DNA of 26,296 bases from a virus, in the IMG/VR virus record IMGVR_UViG_3300003323_001142, positions 1-26,296 of that record, one strand, 5' to 3'. Shown here piece by piece: positions 1-7,339 of this stretch. Each line of letters starts with the position of its first letter. Position 1 is the stretch's first letter. Below the pieces are notes generated by a model, which saw nothing but the letters and a program-made list of their open reading frames with translations, did no database searches and was not told the origin of the DNA. Both the position numbers and the translations under genes were made by a program.

Positions 1-495
1 CCCCTGCCCGCGCCCTTCCTGGTGCCGTGGGGCTACGAACCGGTGCTCCCGCGCGCGGTCGTGTTCCCGCCGCACGCTCCCGTCGCCGATCCGCTGGCGG
101 CGCTCACCGGCGCTGTGCCGACGTGGGGATGGGATCCGGTCGCTCCGGCGGGATCGAGAATCCGAGTCGGCAGAGAGTCCATCGGTCAGCAATGGCCGCT
201 GGTGCTCCAGCAGCTAACCGCGTGGGGCTTTGAGCCGACGACGCCGGGGGCGATCTCGATACGAGGCCACGCTCCCATTGGCGGCGAGCCGATGCCGATC
301 AACGTCGTGCCGGTGCTCGTGCCCTGGGGGTATGAGCCCATGGGGCCGCCGAGCATGATGCATCCGGTCACGCGCATGAGCGGCGGCGGTCCGGACTTCT
401 GGCCTGCGCCTCCGATCGTGTTCGTTGCCATCGCCCCCCGCGAGCGCACCCTCATCGTCCTTCCGCACTCCCGCATCTTCAAGGTCCGAGCGTAA
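1..495 (+). CDS. Pro-rich virion-associated protein with W-G-(Y/F/W)-(E/D)-P repeats, 5'-truncated by window edge
   Basis: Frame open from base 1; four repeats (LVPWGYEP, VPTWGWDP, LTAWGFEP, LVPWGYEP); C-terminal RERTLIVLPHSRIFKV; TAATG overlap with next gene. Confidence 0.7.
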   Translation, partial: PLPAPFLVPWGYEPVLPRAVVFPPHAPVADPLAALTGAVPTWGWDPVAPAGSRIRVGRESIGQQWPLVLQQLTAWGFEPTTPGAISIRGHAPIGGEPMPINVVPVLVPWGYEPMGPPSMMHPVTRMSGGGPDFWPAPPIVFVAIAPRERTLIVLPHSRIFKVRA

Positions 496-1085
496 TGGCC
501 GACTGGTCCGAATCGCCGACAGCCGTCCTGCCGTACGCGTTCGATTGGACCGAGGATCTCGGGTCCGGCGAGACCATTCTCTCGTCTTCATTTGCCATCA
601 CGGGTCCCGACACCAATCTGACCATCCTGGGCGGCTCCGAGTCGATCGCAGCACCGTTCACCCGCCTTTGGATGACCGGCGGCACACTGGGCGTGGTCTA
701 CCAGATCACAAACCGCATCACCGGCTCGCTCGACCCAGGCGACATCGACGAGCGCACGTCTGCGCTGCTCATCAAGATCGAAAGCGCGCTGGACCCACTC
801 CGGTTCAAGGACCCGGACGCGGTGCTCCCGTTCGTCGTTTCGTGGCCGAGGTGGATTGATCCCAATGAGGCGATCGTCTCGTCAACGTGGTCTCTAACGG
901 GGCCGGATTCTTCGCTCGCGATCGTGCCCAGCAGTCAGAGCATCCACGGCACCACGACCGCGCTATGGCTTCAAGGCGGCACCGTCGGTGCTCGGTATCG
1001 AATCACCAACCACATCGTGACTTCGTCGAGCCCGATCGCGCGCCAGGACGACCGGTGGTTCGACGTTCTGGTCAAGCAACGATGA
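495..1085 (+). CDS. Phage tail-fibre adaptor (Gp77-like) with two tandem domains
   Basis: Two copies of (KDP)xAVLP(Y/F)xxxW...E.I.SS.(F/W)..TGPD..L.I...LW..GGT.G..Y.ITN.I.T....DDR/DER. Confidence 0.75.
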   Translation: MADWSESPTAVLPYAFDWTEDLGSGETILSSSFAITGPDTNLTILGGSESIAAPFTRLWMTGGTLGVVYQITNRITGSLDPGDIDERTSALLIKIESALDPLRFKDPDAVLPFVVSWPRWIDPNEAIVSSTWSLTGPDSSLAIVPSSQSIHGTTTALWLQGGTVGARYRITNHIVTSSSPIARQDDRWFDVLVKQR

Positions 1086-1372
1086 GCTACCTCATTCGCA
1101 TCGAGCTCGGCCTAGGGCAATACTACGAGGAGATCCGCTCCACCCCCGAAGGCCGCGACGCGTGCGTGCGAGCGGCACTCGAGGCGCACCCGGAATACAG
1201 AGTCTCTGTCGGCGAGATCCCCGGCCCGGACGAATCGGGAGTCATGCCGCGGATCTTCACGATCACGATGCAGGACGCGGTCCTTCCGCGCGATCCCGAT
1301 AGGGGCGAGCCTGGCGACTTGGCGGCGGCGGCGACTCTTCGAGATTCTCTAAGAGTCGAGCTCACGCGATGA
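1082..1372 (+). CDS. Hypothetical protein (96 aa)
   Basis: ATGA overlap with upstream stop; MSYLIRIELG start; ATGA overlap downstream. Confidence 0.7.
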   Translation: MSYLIRIELGLGQYYEEIRSTPEGRDACVRAALEAHPEYRVSVGEIPGPDESGVMPRIFTITMQDAVLPRDPDRGEPGDLAAAATLRDSLRVELTR

Positions 1373-1812
1373 CCTCCATCGCCGCCGTCACCGCCCTCCT
1401 GCTCTCCCTCGCCCCCTGGGCGTCCGAGCGTGCCGCGCATCAATACGCCGCCGCGATCGTCGATGCTGCCGGGGACGACAACCGGGCAGCGTTGGCTCTC
1501 GCGGTTACGGCCGCGCGCGAGTCCAGGCTCTCGCTTGCCCCGTGCCCCCGTGGTCCGGGCGGTGCTGGCGGTTGGCAGCTCAATCCGGTGCTGCACCCGC
1601 TCACCGTCGCGTGCGGGCCCCTCGCTGTGCAGGCGCGGCGAGCCCTCGCTGTGCTCCGACGAGCCGGTCTCGGGGAGGCACAGTTTGCGCTGGTCGCCGG
1701 TCGGTATCTGGGCGCCCGAGCTCGCGAGCGGCATCCCGAGGCGCGGCGCCGAGCGCAGCTCTATGTCTGGGCGCGGGAGGTGATGGCCTGCCGGTGCTCG
1801 CTCGAAAGGTGA
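1369..1812 (+). CDS. Putative lytic transglycosylase (SLT-like) with N-terminal signal peptide; candidate endolysin
   Basis: Hydrophobic N-terminus; AARES (catalytic Glu-Ser), GAGGWQLNP (cf. GLMQL), AGRYLG (cf. AAYNAG) in SLT order. Confidence 0.55.
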   Translation: MTSIAAVTALLLSLAPWASERAAHQYAAAIVDAAGDDNRAALALAVTAARESRLSLAPCPRGPGGAGGWQLNPVLHPLTVACGPLAVQARRALAVLRRAGLGEAQFALVAGRYLGARARERHPEARRRAQLYVWAREVMACRCSLER

Positions 1813-1815
1813 ACC

Positions 1816-2406
1816 ATGGGATCGAGAATCGAATGCTTTATGGTCGAGCGCGCCGAGCTGATGCAGGTCGACCTGCGCCGCTTCGTCTTCTCGAGCGAAA
1901 GCACATGCCCCGGTCGGTACGGGTATCATACGGCCGACATCGTCATCGAGCCGCAGTTGCCGGCGCCCGCCGAGTACAGCCCAGGCAAGCCGTCGTGGCA
2001 GTTCGACGGGTGGCCGTTCGAGCCGAAGCCATCGCGCGACGATCCGCGCTGGCCAGTCCGCTGTGAATGCGGATACGAGTTTCAGCCCGGCGACCAGTGG
2101 CAGGCGAACGCAAGGAGACTGTACCGAGATCCGCGCTCCGGCTCACTCTTCGTGAGGGAGAATCTTCCGGCTGGTGCGATGTTCCGATCGCCCTGGTACG
2201 AGAAGACGTGGGGCTACAAGGGTCCCGACGGCATCTGCCTGTCCGTGATGCTGCCCGACGGCGTCGTTTGGGAGATCGACGGCGAGGCCCGCGATGGTGG
2301 GAAGTGGACGCGCGATGGTGTGCCGCCGAAGGTGACCGCGCGTCCGAGCATTCTCACCAGCAGGTACCACGGCTGGTTGACAGACGGCTTTCTCGTCGAG
2401 TGCTGA
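1816..2406 (+). CDS. Hypothetical phage protein with DUF6527-like C-terminus
   Basis: WTRDG.PPKVTARPSIL..RYHGWLTDG motif; CECG Cys pair. Confidence 0.6.
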   Translation: MGSRIECFMVERAELMQVDLRRFVFSSESTCPGRYGYHTADIVIEPQLPAPAEYSPGKPSWQFDGWPFEPKPSRDDPRWPVRCECGYEFQPGDQWQANARRLYRDPRSGSLFVRENLPAGAMFRSPWYEKTWGYKGPDGICLSVMLPDGVVWEIDGEARDGGKWTRDGVPPKVTARPSILTSRYHGWLTDGFLVEC

Positions 2407-2409
2407 GTC

Positions 2410-2772
2410 GTGATTTGCAGGCGATGCGGCGGCGCGAAGGTCGTGCGTGGCGACTGCTATCTAATCGAGATTCCATGCCCCATTTGCTGCATCGTAACCG
2501 ACCCACCGGAGCCCGAGCCGCCAGACCTCACGTCTGATGCCGTTCCCGATCCTGACCCAGCCGCTCCCCTCGAACTCGATCTGGATGAGCACGAGACGCC
2601 AACCGTTCCTGCTCCTCCGCCGCCTCCCGAGGATCGGCCGACACCGGTCGTGGAGGTCGAGATTCCACAGGCCGCCATTCGCCCCAACCCGCTCGAAGGG
2701 TATCGGCGCGCGCTTGAGCGTCTGCCGCCGGTCCGCGTTCCCGATGAGCTGAAGAAGAAGTCCAAGCCTTAG
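2410..2772 (+). CDS. Hypothetical protein, N-terminal CxxC...CxxC and Pro-rich tail
   Basis: CRRCGG...CPIC; follows previous stop by 3 nt; ends before terminator. Confidence 0.6.
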   Translation: MICRRCGGAKVVRGDCYLIEIPCPICCIVTDPPEPEPPDLTSDAVPDPDPAAPLELDLDEHETPTVPAPPPPPEDRPTPVVEVEIPQAAIRPNPLEGYRRALERLPPVRVPDELKKKSKP

Positions 2773-2796
2773 CGCGCGTCCCTCCTTCGCGCGCTC

Positions 2797-2839
2797 GACG
2801 CCCCGGTCCCAGCGATGGGGATCGGGGCGTTTGCCTTTT
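2797..2839 (+). terminator. Intrinsic terminator-like hairpin at the convergence of late and early transcription
   Basis: GACGCCCCGGTCCCA-GCGA-TGGGGATCGGGGCGTT followed by TGCCTTTT; second hairpin AGCGCGCG...CGCGCGCT at 2771-2795. Confidence 0.7.
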
Positions 2840-2843
2840 GTGG

Positions 2844-3074
2844 TCACATCTTCGCTCGGTCGAGCATGCGGCGAATCAGGTCCGCTATGTTCGTCACGCC
2901 CTCTCGCTCAGCCATCCGCTCAAGCCTCGCGCGGTCACCCTTGTGCAGACGCAGCGATATCCGATCCCACTTCGCTGCCCGCTCGGCTTCGGTCAGGCTC
3001 CGACCAGTGCTGTTCGGGCCCATGCCGTAGTCGGCGGGAGGCTTGGGCGCGTCTATCCTTTTCTTCCTGGACAT
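2844..3074 (-). CDS. Ribbon-helix-helix (CopG/Arc-like) DNA-binding protein
   Basis: DRISLRLHKGDRARLERMAEREGVTNIADLIRRMLD: strand-helix-G-helix pattern. Confidence 0.75.
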   Translation of the reverse strand: MSRKKRIDAPKPPADYGMGPNSTGRSLTEAERAAKWDRISLRLHKGDRARLERMAEREGVTNIADLIRRMLDRAKM

Positions 3075-3098
3075 GCTCTGGGCGCCCACCGTAGCCGT

Positions 3099-3668
3099 CT
3101 ACGCGGAAAAGACAACACTCGGACCGATGCGCCCATATAGCGGGCTATCGTTGTAGACAAGGTAGGCCGGCCGCTGCGTGCGCATGTGCTCAGGCTTATC
3201 CGGCTGGAAATAGAACGCCACGATGACCCGGCCCGAGCAGAACGTAGCGTGCTCCGGCGGAAGAACGTGAGCGATCACAGGCTCGTCGATCCAGCGATCC
3301 GGGGCGTCGCCGAGAAGTGACTTCTGGTCGCCGCAGAAGGCACGGATTGTCGTGAGTATACCATCCAGCTTGATCTGCCCTCCGGCCTTGGATGCAGAGA
3401 CGCTGACGACGTGTTCCGCCTCGTCGAGCTGAATATCTCGGATGGACGCGAAACTGATTCCGGTATCGTGTTTCGGAAACTCGACACGATACAGTTGGCT
3501 TGTTGGTGCAATCCGCGCGAGTCGCTCGGCCTCGGCCCATGCGCCGGCCTCATCGTTGAACGCGACCGACACGTCTTCCCCGTATCGAGTAACGAAAACA
3601 GACCCTTTGCCATCACCCCGAATCGAAAACCCAAGGCACCTGGCCCGCTCCCTGCTGACTGATTCCAT
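3099..3668 (-). CDS. Hypothetical protein (189 aa)
   Basis: GGAGG SD before MESVSR; globular composition. Confidence 0.7.
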   Translation of the reverse strand: MESVSRERARCLGFSIRGDGKGSVFVTRYGEDVSVAFNDEAGAWAEAERLARIAPTSQLYRVEFPKHDTGISFASIRDIQLDEAEHVVSVSASKAGGQIKLDGILTTIRAFCGDQKSLLGDAPDRWIDEPVIAHVLPPEHATFCSGRVIVAFYFQPDKPEHMRTQRPAYLVYNDSPLYGRIGPSVVFSA

Positions 3669-3676
3669 TGCCGGAC

Positions 3677-3735
3677 CCTCCAATTGAGCCACCGCGGCTC
3701 GGTAGGGCCCCGGTCGCACCCGGGTCCCAGCCGAA
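3677..3735 (-). repeat. Intergenic structured repeat copy A (hairpin with GTGCGA loop + CCGAGCCG...GCTCAAT..GAGG)
   Basis: Aligns with 5183-5242 and shows compensatory stem changes. Confidence 0.75.
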
Positions 3736-3743
3736 TCGCGCGG

Positions 3744-4025
3744 CTATCCGGCCGCCAATTCGCCGCGAATCTCGCGCACGCAGTGCCAAAAGTATTCCTC
3801 GACCAGCATCGGGAAGTCGATCGCGAAGAACTCGACTGCATCGGCCGAGAGGTTAAGGATCGCCCGGGTGGCGTCCCACTGGGCATCCACCCACTCCGCG
3901 GACGGAGCGGCCACGGGCCCAGATCCGACCACGATGGTGTTCAGGTAAATCGAGGCGACCTCGCGGGCCTCGCCAATGATGAAAGGGAGTATGGCGCTCA
4001 TCTTGGTGGTTTCCGTCGTGCTCAT
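3744..4025 (-). CDS. Hypothetical protein (93 aa), probably leaderless
   Basis: ATG 7 nt downstream of the -10 box; starts MSTTETTK. Confidence 0.7.
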   Translation of the reverse strand: MSTTETTKMSAILPFIIGEAREVASIYLNTIVVGSGPVAAPSAEWVDAQWDATRAILNLSADAVEFFAIDFPMLVEEYFWHCVREIRGELAAG

Positions 4026-4032
4026 GAGAGAC

Positions 4033-4061
4033 ACCCTATATCTGGGCGCCCAGATATGCAA
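4033..4061 (-). promoter_or_regulatory. Sigma70-like promoter TTGCAT-N17-TAGGGT containing perfect 20-bp palindrome ATATCTGGGCGCCCAGATAT (4038-4057)
   Basis: Read directly; A/T tract upstream of -35; 12-bp core TCTGGGCGCCCA repeated at 3077-3088. Confidence 0.75.
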
Positions 4062-4164
4062 GAGTTTTTTGAAAATCGACATGGCTCTGTGCGCCGCCCG
4101 TAGACGAGGCCTTACCGGGCTATGGCTTTTGCATTTTGTGCGCGCGAGGGCTACCGCTGCATCC

Positions 4165-4581
4165 GTGCTTCATCGTCATCTCCAGCACTGGCCAGCGGCA
4201 GTCCGGACTGCTCGGCGAAAGTACCCGCGAATTCCCCTTTGGATTTGGATGCGCGCCGGCTATCTCGACACCCTGAAGGGCCCATACGACCCCGTCACGC
4301 CCGCAGAGGCCGGTCGCGCAGCGCTGGACGTGCTCCTCGCCCTGGCCGAGCGAGCTCGAGCCGCGGAGCAGCCTCCAGCGCGCCGCAATCGGGACGTGCC
4401 GGGCTGGTCGGAGAGTCTTCAGGCGGCGCGGGAGACGTGGCCGTGGGTGTCCGCCGAGGCCTGGGAGGCTGCGGGCGACGCGCCGGCGAGGGAGGACAAG
4501 CATTTCGTCTGCAGCCAGAACGAGCTTTGCAGCGAGGTGACGATGCTGGGGCTCGATGATCCGCCGTCGAGTCGTCGGTGA
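4165..4581 (+). CDS. Hypothetical protein with internal duplicated W..A...AR..(Y/W)P.....W..AG motif; lone + strand gene in the early region
   Basis: HWPAAVRTARRKYPRIPLWIWMRAG vs GWSESLQAARETWPWVSAEAWEAAG; possible TTGCAT-N17-TACCGC promoter 4129-4157; abutting convergent stop at 4579-4584; start uncertain. Confidence 0.55.
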   Translation: MLHRHLQHWPAAVRTARRKYPRIPLWIWMRAGYLDTLKGPYDPVTPAEAGRAALDVLLALAERARAAEQPPARRNRDVPGWSESLQAARETWPWVSAEAWEAAGDAPAREDKHFVCSQNELCSEVTMLGLDDPPSSRR

Positions 4582-4827
4582 TCACGCGACCCGATTGCGC
4601 CGTCGGTAATACTCTGCATGTTTCGTGCAGAGCGTCTTGCCTTTCAGCGCGCGCTCGCCGCACACGACGCATTTGCCCGCGTCTTTGCGCGCCTCTCGCC
4701 GCTCGGCTTCGCGCTCTCGTGCTGCTGCGAGGTGTTCAGCGCACCGGCGCTTGCCCGGCTCTGGCGCCGCGCTGCACTCGTGGCAGGTTTCACCGGCTGC
4801 TCTCGCTTTATGGGCGCCACTGCTCAC
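4582..4827 (-). CDS. Small double zinc-finger protein (CxxC-x9/10-CxxH twice)
   Basis: CHECSAAPEPGKRRCAEH and CVVCGERALKGKTLCTKH joined by a charged helix; GTGA overlap. Confidence 0.75.
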   Translation of the reverse strand: MSSGAHKARAAGETCHECSAAPEPGKRRCAEHLAAAREREAERREARKDAGKCVVCGERALKGKTLCTKHAEYYRRRNRVA

Positions 4828-5177
4828 TGTGCTTGCTCCAGCGCCCAGCGCTCGATCGCGTCGTTGTAGTTGTCGAATGCGCGATCGTTGCCGGCGAGTT
4901 CTTCCCAGCGAGCCAGCCACCGGACCAGAGAAATGCGAGCAACGACGCGAGCTGACGCGGCGTCGATCTCGACACCCTCCACGTCGCCGTTGGGCCAGTG
5001 TCGCGGCGCCTCTATCACCACGATCTCGTCGCCATAATGCTCGATCGCAACGTCGGTCTGCAGCGTCTCGTGCGGCGACGAGAAGACATGCAGACCGGTG
5101 GCATCGCCTTCGCTCGGTTCGCTCACGTGGCCCGCGATCTCGAGTCCTGCCGGCTGAATTCGGTAGTAGATCCGCAT
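4824..5177 (-). CDS. Hypothetical protein (117 aa)
   Basis: GAGG SD before MRIYYRIQP. Confidence 0.7.
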   Translation of the reverse strand: MRIYYRIQPAGLEIAGHVSEPSEGDATGLHVFSSPHETLQTDVAIEHYGDEIVVIEAPRHWPNGDVEGVEIDAASARVVARISLVRWLARWEELAGNDRAFDNYNDAIERWALEQAQ

Positions 5178-5182
5178 CGCAT

Positions 5183-5242
5183 CCTCAGATTGAGCTATGA
5201 CGGCTCGGATGGACCCCACGTCGCACCGCGGGCCCGACAGAA
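5183..5242 (-). repeat. Intergenic structured repeat copy B
   Basis: GGGCCCGCG-GTGCGA-CGTGGGGTCC ATCCGAGCCGTCATAGCTCAATCTGAGG; matches 3677-3735. Confidence 0.75.
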
Positions 5243-5244
5243 CG

Positions 5245-5673
5245 TCAGATCGCGACGATTCGGAGGTCCTCCCGCCGTGCGCCTTCGGCAACGCACAACG
5301 TTACGGCCTCGTCGGCCTCGTCGGAGTTAGCGAATCTGCTCGCCTCCTCGTCACTCCTTCCAGTCTGATTGAGTGTGCCCGTGATCGCGGGTCGCCAGCC
5401 GCCCACGGTGCCACCAAAAGATCCTCGGACTTCGACTCGGTAGCTATTCGCCTCGGCGACGGTCACGTGTACCCACGATCGCGACCGGTCGTCTTGGTCC
5501 GGTGCCTCGCTGGCCTCGATGCCCGCCGCGCGGAGCGCGGAGACGAGGCGCTGAGCCTCAGCGCGTGGCAACGACCGGTCGAGCGCCACCGACGCGTCTT
5601 CGCTGCTAGTTTGCAATCGCGCATCCACTCCGGCGTCCGCGATGATTCGTGAGATCGTGCTATTCGTGCTCAT
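5245..5673 (-). CDS. Hypothetical protein (142 aa)
   Basis: AAAGGA SD; first gene after promoter 5721-5749. Confidence 0.7.
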   Translation of the reverse strand: MSTNSTISRIIADAGVDARLQTSSEDASVALDRSLPRAEAQRLVSALRAAGIEASEAPDQDDRSRSWVHVTVAEANSYRVEVRGSFGGTVGGWRPAITGTLNQTGRSDEEASRFANSDEADEAVTLCVAEGARREDLRIVAI

Positions 5674-5720
5674 GGTGCCTGGTCCTTTCAGGTGCTCTCT
5701 CTCGCCGGCCTACGAAATAT

Positions 5721-5749
5721 AGTATGCGCGCGATCCGGATAGCGCGCAA
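5721..5749 (-). promoter_or_regulatory. Sigma70-like promoter TTGCGC-N17-CATACT spanning 24-bp near-perfect palindrome TGCGCGCGATCCGGATAGCGCGCA (5725-5748)
   Basis: Read directly; degenerate copy at 6705-6727. Confidence 0.75.
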
Positions 5750-5752
5750 GAC

Positions 5753-5986
5753 CTATTTTGCGGGCCGTAGCTTTTTCTCGATTGCGTCCAAAATGGCCTG
5801 CTCAACTGCGCCTGCGCGCCCTGAACGACCCGAACTTGAATATCCGAGGTCAACCAGTTGCTGGAGCGCGGCCGCAGCATCTGGGCGAAGGTCTACCTCG
5901 ATAGAGGTAAGCCCGGCGGCCCGACGCTCCGCCCGACTCTTCGACGGCCCGCTTGGCCCGGAAACGCGGCGCTTATGGTTCATCAC
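5753..5986 (-). CDS. Small putative DNA-binding protein (RHH-like)
   Basis: RAERRAAGLTSIEVDLRPDAAAALQQL...RAGAVEQAILDA; basic N-terminal arm like the 2844-3074 product. Confidence 0.6.
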   Translation of the reverse strand: MMNHKRRVSGPSGPSKSRAERRAAGLTSIEVDLRPDAAAALQQLVDLGYSSSGRSGRAGAVEQAILDAIEKKLRPAK

Positions 5987-6693
5987 GACCCAGTTGCCTT
6001 CGTCGTGACGCCGAGTGGATGCCGGACCATCGGCCTCTCAGGCCTGCGCCGGACCGGAGTTGTTGCTGCCCTAGTCGGATCCCATCCGACACGAAGGCGC
6101 TTATAGAATACCCAATCCGAGATCTGGTTACGGCGCGCTAGCTCGATCGCGAGCACGCGCTCTTCGCCAGTCCGGACAGCCACCGTATTCCGGCGGTTGT
6201 TAATTTGATCCAGATGCGTGGCCCACCGGCAATTCGCCGGCCACCCGTTCCGGATGCATTCTTCGCACTTACCGCAGGAGTAGTGGCCGTCGTTGTTGAT
6301 CCGGTCGATGGAATGCGCTGCGGACGGCCGTGCCCCCATGTCGTCGCGGAAAGAAGAAAAATCGCTAAGCCAGCGAGCGCAGACCCGGACCCCTCGGCCG
6401 CCATAAGCGCTGTACTTAGGATCATCGACAACCAGACACCTTCGCCTCATTGCCTTCCAGCAACTGTACTCGGGCGTACCCGCCGCCCCATGAATCCTTT
6501 GCGCGCCTAGGCAGCCGCAGCATCGAGTACTGCCCGATCGTAGTGCATCTCCGCGCACCTCCCGCCGTTCTCCGCAGTCACAAATACACTTCCAGTATCG
6601 TTTCTGACCGTTAGATTTGCCAATCGCAACCACGGTGAGCAGTCCGAATTTATGCCCGACCATGGCCGCTGGTGAGACCTTGCCTCGCGTCAT
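5983..6693 (-). CDS. Phage HNH homing-endonuclease-like protein
   Basis: FGLLTVV..WKCICDCG..GSTRCCGC; TPEYSCWKAMRRRC; YGGRGVRVCARW; SIDRINNDGHY...NCRWAT..Q.NNRR; lower GC. Confidence 0.9.
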   Translation of the reverse strand: MTRGKVSPAAMVGHKFGLLTVVAIGKSNGQKRYWKCICDCGERREVRGDALRSGSTRCCGCLGAQRIHGAAGTPEYSCWKAMRRRCLVVDDPKYSAYGGRGVRVCARWLSDFSSFRDDMGARPSAAHSIDRINNDGHYSCGKCEECIRNGWPANCRWATHLDQINNRRNTVAVRTGEERVLAIELARRNQISDWVFYKRLRVGWDPTRAATTPVRRRPERPMVRHPLGVTTKATGS

Positions 6694-6700
6694 GCTTCGC

Positions 6701-6729
6701 ATTATGCGCGCTATCCGGAGCGGCGCACG
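6701..6729 (-). promoter_or_regulatory. Putative leaderless promoter (-10 CATAAT, ATG 7 nt downstream) overlapping a degenerate operator copy
   Basis: TGCGCGCTATCCGGA (6705-6719) equals the reverse complement of one side of the 5725-5748 palindrome. Confidence 0.6.
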
Positions 6730-6764
6730 CTATATCATGGCCACCGACGGCCGATCAGCAGAAT

Positions 6765-7082
6765 TCAGCCCGATCCGCGCTCCGTCCGCTCCCCTGGCAG
6801 CTCCGGAAACACGATCGCTCCGTGGTCGGCGCTGGCGAAAGTCACGGTCATCTGCGCGCGGTGCCCTTCGAAGTCGTTCGGCGCGGGGCCGCTGCAATGC
6901 TTCGCGCACCGCTCGCAGAGCTCGCAAGCCACAGCCTCGTCGCAGCCGTCGACGTAGCAGGTCCACATGCAGGGAGTTTGGCGCGCTGGAGGGCGGGAGG
7001 CGAGCGGGCTAGGCGCTGCCGTAGCGGAACGATATTCGATCTTGTACCGGCCGAAGGTTTCGGTTTGCCAGAGGGCGCTCAT
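6765..7082 (-). CDS. Cys-rich hypothetical protein
   Basis: CYVDGC...CELCERCAKHC; AAGGG SD. Confidence 0.65.
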   Translation of the reverse strand: MSALWQTETFGRYKIEYRSATAAPSPLASRPPARQTPCMWTCYVDGCDEAVACELCERCAKHCSGPAPNDFEGHRAQMTVTFASADHGAIVFPELPGERTERGSG

Positions 7083-7092
7083 CGCCTGCCCT

Positions 7093-7329
7093 TCAATCCC
7101 TCGCCAGCCATGCGCGCCCCACCATCTCGGCGATCTCGATGTCGCCGCCCATGTCGTCGCTGGCCGGCCAGTAGAAGCCGACCGGGTTGCCGGTCTTGCC
7201 GGTGAGCGCCGTTACCGATGGCGCAGTAGCGAGATCGAAGGTCAGCGCTGGCCGGCTATCGTAAGCAAGCGCCGTCCGGACGGTCTCGCCTCTGCACAGC
7301 GCGCATTCGCCGCAAAGACAGTCGCTCAT
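7093..7329 (-). CDS. Hypothetical protein (CLCGECALC N-terminus)
   Basis: AAGGAGG SD before MSDCLC. Confidence 0.7.
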   Translation of the reverse strand: MSDCLCGECALCRGETVRTALAYDSRPALTFDLATAPSVTALTGKTGNPVGFYWPASDDMGGDIEIAEMVGRAWLARD

Positions 7330-7339
7330 CGAGCCTCCT

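Noticed and set aside
3677-3735. Y-RNA (YrlA)-like permuted tRNA reading of the intergenic repeat
   Set aside because: GTGCGA and GCTCAAT resemble T- and D-loop sequences, but the D-like stem is not maintained in copy B and no Ro-binding stem was seen; kept only as a generic structured repeat
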